Shown here: positions 37,808 through 47,702 of the stretch, in pieces
Layout of the letters: every line of letters starts with the position of its first letter
How positions within the stretch are numbered: position 1 is the first letter of the stretch
DNA from: Selaginella moellendorffii
Lineage: Eukaryota; Plantae; Lycopodiophyta
Assembly (NCBI RefSeq): GCF_000143415.4
Contig: NW_003314377.1
Span: 62,001 to 126,000 of the forward strand
Direction: 5' to 3'
DNA length: 64,000 bases
The notes under the pieces: generated by a model
Database searches by the model: none
What the model was told of the DNA's origin: nothing
Seen by the model: only the letters and a program-made list of their open reading frames with translations
Made by a program: the position numbers and the translations under genes

Positions 37808-40800
37808 TCACGCCTCCTCTGATTCAGATTCGGATTGTTCACCTTGAAATAAAATACATTAGAAACTTAGTAAAGGAATATTAATGAATCTCACCTTGAA
37901 CCCGGGTTATGAATGCTCTTGCTGCATCTCTTGCATGGTCTGGCAAGGTGATGGTGGCACTCTACTTCCGCATCCAACCATGCACAACATTATCCACCGA
38001 TATGCTCATGCTGGGATCCCTTGGATTCAGCACCCATCTCTTTTCTAGGCAATCCTTCGTATATCTGGAACTTGGCTTGAACCACTCCACAGTTACATTG
38101 AAGGAGTTAGTTTCCGCGTCCTCCTCTACATCAGTGATGCAGCACCCCACCCATATCATTTGTTTTTTATTACTGGGTCTGACAAGCACGACCATTCCTT
38201 TGCAGACCTGTACTGGATTGAATGCTGAATCCGGCTTCTTGTTCCTCGGCCCACAATAGTGATCCTCAACATCATTGTCTGTCACTGCATTTCTAGAGGA
38301 CATTGTTCCGCTACTATCTGGTGCTCTAGGTTCTGGCCAAAAGGACTCTTCCAATTCTTCATATACAACCGGCCCATTTTGGATAGCAGATATAATCTTC
38401 TCCCAGTATTCAAGCAAAGGCTTGCACCTCTTAAAAAAGGATTCTCCACCAAACACCAACCCCCTCTTCCAGAAGGCAATATGCTGTCTAATCCCGGCCA
38501 CTATACTTTCCTGGTCTTTGAGTCCATCCGGGTGCATCGGCCGTGGGGAACTCTGAGGAATCATAGGTTCCCCAGTTATGGGATCTCTCTTGAAGAGTTC
38601 AATGCCATCCACTGGCAGCCACACTGTGTCCCATTCTCTCATCTTGTACCTCATTACTGGAGCACCGTCACGCATGCTGAAATGAAACTGAAGAGGCTTG
38701 GAGTGGCCAATCAGCGTTTTGGATCCGTCCCTGATGTAGCCTCTTACAAACCCCTTAAAGTCTGGAACCTCTGTCACAAGTGCAGCTTCAACAGTGCCTT
38801 TGATGCAATTTTGGAATTCATCGTAGAGTTGTGGGAGGGTGAGGATATTGGATTGCCGGAGGGACTCTGCCAGGTGACTGAACATGGCATCGACGTCTTC
38901 ATGAGTGTGCCCAACCATGAGAAAGCCAAGTGTAACCGTTTCAAATATGCCTTTGGCAACAAGCATCGCCAAGTACGCGAAGACGTACATGTTTTTGTTC
39001 TCACTGCCAGCATTGTTTGTTTGGAGCAGAAGATGGGGTGGAAGGCCACATCAGCCGCAAGAACTTCCTTGAGATTCTGCTTCGTTTGGATGAGGCTGTG
39101 TATTCACCGGGCGACCAGCCTCGTCGGAATGGCATGAGGCCTCACGTGATAACCCTACAATCTGACGGCCAACATATTCACTGGGATGGCATGGGGCCCC
39201 ACGCGATACTGCAAGCCTTTGCTCCTCCTCCAGCTGAACCCTATATGGGGTTCGATCGACAAGGGCCTTATGCAAGGGTTGGCCGTTCAGCTCAGTCTGC
39301 GCACTTTGCAGAGACCTTAAGTGTTTTGCTAGGGACGCAATCATCATGTTTGCACCCCCGCCACCCCATAGAGGTACAAAGAAGTTCCCATAGTTCTGGG
39401 CACCATGCCCATGAGCGATTATGCCAAACAGAGACACAGGCAGCTGCATGGATGAAGAGATTGCCTTGGGGGTAGGATTGAGTTGAGGTAAGCACGTCTT
39501 TTTCTGGTCCATTTTGTCGTGGATGATGCAGAGGTAAGAGTCAGGTCTCTCCATGGAGAGAATCCTGTTATGATAATATGCAGTCCTGCAGCTTCTCTGC
39601 TTGATGTTGTGGTCGAGCCGCCTTCTAACCAACGTCTCTCGCTCTTGAGCGCTGCAAGAATTCTTCGACAAAGCCATTTTGATAGCAGTGCACTCGTCAC
39701 ACTTTGAAAAGCTGGAGTACTTTCCTATACTCACATCCCTGAACCTGTTGCTCCACAATCTACTAAATCTAGATTGGCTCAGCTTCCTATAGCCATTACT
39801 CTGGAGTTCCCGATTCACATCTTCCAATATGGCCCCCTTGGTATACATGGAAGGGAGAACTCGTTGGGTGTCTTGTGTTCCATCTTCCAAGAGGCGGGTT
39901 TTATGTGGTTGCTGCTCGCTACATGTCTCGACAAACCTCTTGAAGATTGCCTCTCCATATACAACATGACCCCTGGTTTTGTGCGTACCGTCGTTCCCAT
40001 GGACTGCCTGTTGAACCCTTTGTTCCTCGAACTCAGTTTTGATTCTGTAGAATGTGGTTCGAGGGACTCCATAAATGATTCTCCATGCCTTCATGCAGAC
40101 CAAACCCCTCTGGAAGACCATGCCCCCCACCTGATGTTCTGAAGCATCAACAGATGACCGTAATGCCTTATACACAAAATTGCGAGCTGCCTTCCAGGAC
40201 AATGTCTTGTATCTTGCTCTCTCCTCTTCAATAGCATCCCAATTAGCATGTTGACAGCACCTCCTCTTGCAACAAGCAACTGTCGAGACCATTCAAACCT
40301 CCATCGCCATTTTCTGCCTTTTCGGTTCGTTGCTCAGATCCCTTTGGCTGCGCTTTAGGAAGGTGTACTTTCTTTTCCCATGAAGAGATGTTCTGTCATC
40401 AGTTGTAGTGGTGTTTGAGTGTGAATCCTTCACATTCTCAAACACTAAGTGCCTCAATTTCCACTGCACAATACTTCCAATAGTCAGACTGTTTTCTTCT
40501 GTGTCAACAACCTCTAAAATCGCAACTCCAATATCATCCCAGCCCAATTCTTGATTAGCAACCGCATCTCTTGGATCGACAACTGTGGCTAAGCCCTCAG
40601 CTACCACCTCCCCCTCGGGGTTGTTTAGAAACACCTTTGCCTGAATCCATGTATCACGGTTCTTAAGATCCACGGAGGGAACATGCGTCGCACTTGCGCT
40701 GTCCCCAACATCTGCTTTCTTCTAAAGATTTTTCAAGGCAACAACAACATTTACCCCGACGACCATCTCTCCTCGTTCAATAGCGACCACATTCCCATCG

Positions 40801-40949
40801 AAGACAGTCTCTACTGATACAGCAGCATTGCCTTCCCCAAGCCTTTGACAGTGTATAACAAAGTTCCGATCCATAGACACAAGGGTCCCTTTTGCAACTC
40901 TCTTCCCACCATTCAAAATGTAAACCTTTTCCCCAACCCTGAAGGCCAT
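37808..40949 (-). pseudogene. Sola-like DDD transposase (~1030 codons; exon 40949-37895, intron 37894-37843, exon 37842-37808), inactivated by four in-frame stops
   Basis: ORFs 40722-40949, 40293-40673, 39051-40292 and 37962-38990 are one reading frame separated only by stop codons. Motifs: FSKCDEC, IIHDKMDQKKTCLP, LQTNNAGSENKN (expected D read as N), GFLMVGHTHEDVDAMFS. Confidence 0.85.
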
Positions 40950-41314
40950 TCTGAAAGTGCAGAAAAGAAGTTAAGACCATACAAACAATGATTGGAGAAT
41001 GGCCTAAATCATAACATACCAAACAACCTCAATAGCATGAGGCCACATGCCATTATTCAAACATGCTATTGACACCCACGTGAAATTTCACATTCACAAA
41101 ATTGGCATGAGCCCTCATGCCATCTTGATATACACACAGCTGCAGGCAAGTAAAAACATACATGGCAATACGCTAACCATGAAATTGCAAGGGCCCAAGA
41201 TGGCATGTGGCCTCATGCCATTTCTAAATGTGGTCCTAAGCCATTCCATGGTGAACATACAAGGAAGCACAAGTGCCGAATATCAAGAGGAAGCGGTAGC
41301 CACACCAAAGACAG

Positions 41315-41390
41315 TGCCGCTCGCAACACCGCAACTACTCGTAGCGCCGCTCGCAACACCGCAACTGCTCGTAGCGCCGCTCGCACAAAC
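41315..41390. repeat. 30-bp GC-rich tandem repeat (~2.5 copies) upstream of the transposase
   Basis: gcgccgctcgcaacaccgcaact(a/g)ctcgta is repeated. Confidence 0.8.
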
Positions 41391-42243
41391 TGCCACTCGC
41401 ATAAACTGCCGCTTGCAATGGCGCTCGCAATGCCGCAACTGCTTGTAGATGCATAAACCACAGCTCACAACGCCGCTTACACAAGCAGCGCTCACTGCGC
41501 TCAGCGGAACCAAGAACACAGCGCACAAAAATGATAGACCTAGGAATGAGTTCGAGAATTAAAAAATAACACACGCTTGAACGTCACATCAAATCCTCTG
41601 ACAAACCAGATCTTATGATTCCTCTGACAAATTTCAAACTGAGTAGCTTCTAGACTTTGCTGTCGGAGGTTGAACTTTGTCACATCATGTCCTTGCCTCG
41701 ATCCAGCTGTGCCATGTCAGTGATTCGAACTTTGCCATGCCGTGTCAGCGATCCAGGCCAAAATTATTCGCCGTGTAAAGGAATAATTATGCTGTGTGTG
41801 TACGTCCATTTATGGCAATATAAGGCCACACGCCATTCAAAGAATAATGCTAGTCGAGCATTTTTTGGTGCATTTTTGGGTTCAAAATTGCATGAGCCCA
41901 CACGCTATAAAGTTTACCTGTACCAAAAATAGAAACAACTTTATTTACTTGGGAATTTAAGTGGTTGAGGCATTTTTAAACTTACAAACACATGCCCTAC
42001 TTACATTCCTTTAGTTGCTTAAAATTCAAAAATATTATAAACCTTTCTTTTTGCATTTTCAATGTTTTCAATTATGGTTTTTGATTTTCGCAGGACCAGC
42101 CTAGTAATCTATTTGCATCCCGTCATGTTTATAGCTAGCTTTCGTTTGTCCCCTTCGCTAGCCTGAGATACATCTGCTCGGCATCTGCCTCTTACAGCAT
42201 TTGCCCAGAAAGGGCATCTTTCTTCACGCAGCATTTGCCACAT

Positions 42244-42270
42244 GTTTAGGGTTTAGGGTTTAGGGTTTAG
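42244..42270 (+). repeat. Interstitial plant telomeric repeat (TTTAGGG) x~3.5 between the two divergent transposon genes
   Basis: gtttagggtttagggtttagggtttag is read directly. Confidence 0.9.
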
Positions 42271-43816
42271 CAATTCAATTAGCTTGATAAACATGCAAAT
42301 ACAGAACTTGATGCAAAATCCTTTGATATGTCACAATGCCCCTAGGACCATAAACACATTTCAATAGAGAGGGTCCTTTCATTTCATAACTCCTTACGTA
42401 GATCTTAATAAAACCAGAGTTAGTGAAGTTAGTTTCTTGTGATCCCACATCTGATTGTGATGTCCCTTTGCAGTGTCGATGGAAAGGTCAATGCACACCA
42501 AACTGTAAAATCTTGGAGCAAAATAACGGTCGGATCTATGGCAAATGCCCCTGAAACATTGTAAGGCTCGTGTGGTCTTATGTGGTGTCTGATCGAAATG
42601 CTTCTTTGTAGGGTCATCAAGAAAGACATTGTATACCATTCTGTAAAATCTAGTTGCGATCTAACGGTTGGATCTCCAGAAAACTCAAAAAAATCTCGCG
42701 CGTGTTAGAATATTCTAGGAATATACTCCTATATGCCCCTGAAAATGGCATGCGGCCCCACGCCATTCAAGAGATAACGCCAGATGACGCCGAGCATTTT
42801 TTGGTGCATTTTTTGGGATTTGTATACCATTCTTTATTTAGCTGAACATCTGGCATTTTTGGAAATACAAGATGCTTTGGAATATCCAATCATGCATGGT
42901 ATAAATATAGCGAGGGTATTAAATGATATCCCAATCATGATCTTTCTTTTGGATTTCGCGTGCATGCAGTCCAAGGAATGATGATGTTGCGGATTTCTTT
43001 TGGATTTCACGTGCATGCATGTGCGCGGCGATCTAGAAATTAATGGTGGCGCCCAAGTCCGAGGAATGATGATGTGGCGGGATTACCAACCGTCATGACA
43101 TTTCGCGCGTGTGAGGTTAGGTTTTGCATTTTGCTTCGTACTCGCGCTCGCACACTCGCGCTCGCATCACGCTCCCACTCGCGATCACGCTCACATTCGT
43201 GCTCATCTACCTTCTCTACAGGTTTCTCGTGTGCATCGGCGTCCACTCGCACTGGCATCACACTCGCACTCGCATCGCGCTCGTGTGCATCGGCGTCCAC
43301 TTCAAGACACACCCAGTTTGTAACTTCACCGCCAACTCCGCCGCCCACTCCGCCACCCACACGCAGCCCACTTGGTGTCCCGGGAGATTTCAGCGCCACT
43401 CTCCAACTGTAAGTGGCAGAGTAGCCTTGCTGCTACGATCCACTGCACACACAGTGCACATTCGCCAGCGAGTCCGGCCTCGATTGTCATGCCTCCATTC
43501 GGCTTCAAATGGTAAGTCTTTTAGGCCAAGTAGAAAATGGCATGAGGCCACATGCCATTCAGTAGCAACATTGGCATGCACCGATTGGGCTCTCGAGTGC
43601 AGTCCGGTTACAGATGGCGTGTAGCCTCACGCCATCTTAGGATGCAGCCTCAAGACATCTGATGCAGTGGTGAATGGCGTGTGGCCTCACGTTATTTTCA
43701 TCTGTCAGCTCTAATTGTTGTGCATTTCTAAACAGGCGAGGAATTGCGTTCTTCTTCCAGCCACTGTCAATGTGGATGCAGAGAAGGGGGAGGAGCTCAC
43801 CAGTTGAACTTTCGGG

Positions 43817-46800
43817 ATGGAAGGCGAGGATCTGAGGCTGTACAACACAGATGCTGGGAGAAAAGAATGCATGGGGATCCTCATCCAAGTGACAGACACT
43901 CCATGCAGTTCCATGCAAGAATATGGATTGGCACTTGTGGTAGAGACAGCATCCGCCTTCAAGATCCACCTTGCACATCCTAGCAGCTTCCCGAAGGGGG
44001 GCAGCGGCTATTAGGAATTCCTAGAGGGAGCTAGGGAGAGGTTGTCCAGGAGGCCCACAATTTCAAAGACACTGCGGGTCTATGAAGATCACATGGAATC
44101 CACGGACCTCACCTACGGCGATGTTCAAAAACTATATTCCAACATTGAGCCGTTGAGAGTGCCTCCAGTTCGCGAAGCGAAGGGGAAGGGGGTTGATCTG
44201 GAAACTACCCCAAAGCAGAAAAGGGTGGTCAAGCTCAAGCCGACGTCCGACTCTCTTGATCCAAAAAAGAAGCTACTCGGTGATGCCATTGCCTCGGGTT
44301 CGAACACTACACCCACCAAAAAGAAGAGCCGCAAAGAGCAGAAAGAGCAAGAAGAGGCAGCAAAAATTGTCGCAGATAATAGTACTTGTTACTATTCCAA
44401 CAAAGTATATACAATCGACGTGAGCCGTATCAACATCCAAAGCAAATACAACCACAGGCTAGTATCTGATGAGTGGGTGGAGAAACTAAAGCAGAAGATG
44501 CTGGCAAGTCCAGTAACACGCGACATCGTAGACGTGATCCCCTACTACCGAACAATGAAGGGCGAGACGAGGTTTCCAGACTTGATCAATAGGAAGGTGT
44601 TGGACGATCAGAACATCCGATTCTATGCCGTCTCCAGGCAGCATTCTAGCTTGGCGATGCAAGAGATAGTTGTGGATATTATGGTGGGCGAGGAGGTGAA
44701 GAAAGTCTTCAAGACAAGAGTTTTCCGCCTGATAAAAGGCAACTCGCCCCTCCGATCTATCATATACATCTCCCACGCGCAGAATGTCAAGCAAGAAACG
44801 TGCTACAAATCGGGTCTGCACGAGACATTGGCACGAACACGGAAGCTCTGGGTTCAACTGAAGAAGCCACAAAAACCAGGACAAGGACGTGCACTAGCAA
44901 CTAGCGCCTGGCAGGTAAGCCTCGTTGCATGTGGCATAGCATGTGGCCTCACGCCATTTCCATTGCAGGAATTCTCGAGTCTTCTCTCGAAAACACTGGG
45001 GGTCAATGACACACTCAGCATCCATAACATTCTACTCGCGACAAAAGTTGTTTTTGACAAATGGGTAGATGTGCTGAGGAGGTACCATGACGGGGAGTTA
45101 CTAAACTCAATGGGTGTGGAGGACGGCCGGAAGCCCAATGATTTGAAGCTCAACGCCTTGTGTTTCTCGTGGTCTCTAGACGACGACGACCTTCTGACAG
45201 TGGCTAATGCTCTTCTACGTGGTGAGGTAGTCTTCAACAAGACCAAAATGACTCCCGGCCATATTGTGACATACGAGGACTTGTGCACGACTCTGAGAGC
45301 TCGTGTGCTATTGAAGGATTGGATCTTCGAGCAAGTGGCCGTGGAGAGGGTGAGCATCGACAACACGCAAGAGATGATTTAAGCACTGTATTTGTCAAAT
45401 GAAGACATCGACGAGTACGTGAAGGGGGCCCCCAAGTTCATCGATCTGCTGCGGGATGCCACGAAAAGTAAAGCTGAGAAGTTGGATCAGTATCCAAATT
45501 TCATTAAGAGGGATGTCGACCGCCGGCTTCAGAAACAACTCGACCCCGCAACAGAGGCCTATCGAGAACCTTACCGGGTATACTTGAATTCGGATGAGGA
45601 TCAAAGGTGGAGGAGCATCATTTCCCGCGGAGATGAGCAGGTCAAGAACATCTTTTGTGTGATGGACTTCACAAACGAGGAGATCACTCATGCAGACGAA
45701 GTCAGCTCCATCATTGACTTAATGGTGGGACTTGCGGAGGTGGAATCTTCAGTCCACTATATGATCTACGACTCCGAATCCTATCACAAGTTCTAGAAGG
45801 CCTTGAACGAGGTGAAGGCTCGGTTGAAAGGCAAGGAGATGCGGGAGATCCATGGGATAATGGCTAAGAAGAAGATACCGACGAATGTCCGTATCTTCAC
45901 ACTCGCCCTTGTTATTGGTCCTGCAGTAGAGTGGGACTGGAGTGACTTCCCAGCTTCGTTCAACAAGGCCGATCGAATTGATCTGAGGGAGGTCAATTTA
46001 CCCGTGCCTGAGGAACTGAAGACGGCTATGGAGCTTTCGAATCCAAAGAAAGCTCCAGGTGCAGCATGGGAAATGCTCAGCTGGGTCTTCAACGCAATAG
46101 CGGGTGACTCCAAGGGCAAATGCGTTGTCGAGTACAACTGCGGCGGACTATTCTTTCGAGCCGCACTACTCAAGGGTGTCCCGTGTGTTGCGGTGACAAA
46201 TTCCATTGAAGAGGTGACTTCAATGGAGCATATAATTACAGTTGCCAAAGAAAAACAGTATCTTCTCTGCGAACCTGGTGAGTACGCACTTTAAGTTTAA
46301 ATGTTATCTCACAAGCTCTGTATGCAGGAGCGTGGCCACCCCCAGATGCTGAAACGGCGTTAACAGCTACTGTTGAAGATACCCATGTTGGGCCGAGCTC
46401 ACAACCTGCACAAGGTAAGGTCACGTGAGGCCTCACGCCATTTTGATTATAGATCGTTGTGAATATTCAGACACGAGGACTGAAAAGCGCACTGGTGGCG
46501 CGTCGAAGAAGGACAAACAGACAAACAATAGGAAAAAAGAAGGTACAAATTATATTTGCAATGGCGTGTGGTCTCATGCCATTCCTTGTAGGAGACACTT
46601 CTTCAAAGGCAAAACAGGCAAGCACCAGCCAAGCTCAAACTGACAGTGGTCATAAAAAGCGAAAGCACGTTGGACAGTCGTCGGGATCAGAGGCGTTTGA
46701 TTCGAAAAGGAAGAAGGGCAACAAAAAGATGATAGGTAATGCTTCGCGGTTATGGCGTGTGTGCTCATGCCATTCATTGCAGATCAAGGGCTGAGTGAAA

Positions 46801-47702
46801 GCAGCCAGTCACCACCTCCTGACTCAGATTCCTATGGCGGACTCCCCTTCCCCAATCTTAATGGAGAGGTACAATGGATGAGGGATGCTTTTCAAGTTAG
46901 GGCCACGTTTTTCTCATCTTGTCGTCTTCGAAGGGTGCAAGAACGTGCAGAAACCATGTTAAGACAGTCGGGTGAGGATACGGTCCTAGGTCACGCACTA
47001 AAACAGGCTATGGATGTCTTGTATTTTGAGATGGAGACTCGGCCAGATGATTTTCCCAAGATGGTCCTGGAAGAACAAGCCATCCAGCCTAAGCAGCCTA
47101 TGGAAGAAATGCAGGAGGGGGATGAGGAGCCAGAGAAAGATAATGAGCAGGAAGAGCAGAAGGACGAAGAGGAGGACAAAAAAGAGGAGGACGAAGAAGA
47201 GGAGGACGAAGAGGACTTGGATGGTCCTCACAATGGTGACGATCATAATAACAACGATGACGATGATGACGACGATGGCCAGCCTGAGGTGGCCAAAGAG
47301 CAGCAGAGGAAGGTCATACAAGACAAACCATCAGGTAAATAATAGTACATCCATTCCTAACCTTTTACCATTTCTAACATTGTCCATGTAGGTCGCAGAG
47401 CAAATGGTAAGTAAAGATTATTTAGTTTAGAAATCAACCAAATGGCAGATGAAACGGTATATTAGAAGCCATTTGACCGGACAAACATCAGTCATCATTT
47501 ATGGCATGTATATTGTCTAGCCAAGCACTATCCGCATCTCCATAATCTGCTCAACCGGATGGGTTCTTCGACCACTAAACATGAGCGTGGACGTATTAGA
47601 GAAGAGATGGCATTACTATTGGGTTTAAATCCTGATAGTGTGGAGAGTGATGAAATTCCAAGATTATTGTATAGGCGTTGGAGGCAAAAAATAACAGTCT
47701 GA
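43817..47702 (+). pseudogene. Transposon accessory gene (~1170 codons): ParB/Srx-like domain, degenerate amino-MTase-like fold, basic region, partial histone-fold-like segment, acidic tract; four in-frame stops
   Basis: ORFs 43817, 44042, 45392 and 45803 are one frame broken only by TAG/TAA/TAG. Removing GT-AG introns 44915-44968, 46278-46327, 46415-46470, 46543-46591, 46736-46782, 47335-47391 and 47407-47448 keeps the frame to TGA 47700-47702, with one more TAG at 47463. The gene model is well supported. The domain names are by-eye inferences. Confidence 0.8.

Noticed and set aside
38259-39475. Long plus-strand ORFs (292 aa, 152 aa) opposite the transposase, and similar antisense ORFs over gag-pol and the accessory gene
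   Set aside because: They are antisense shadows of real coding frames with no recognisable motifs.
36910-47702. In-frame stops as U-to-C RNA editing sites or an alternative genetic code
   Set aside because: U-to-C editing is organellar. All three stop types occur, along with missense transitions at conserved residues, which fits methylation-driven decay.
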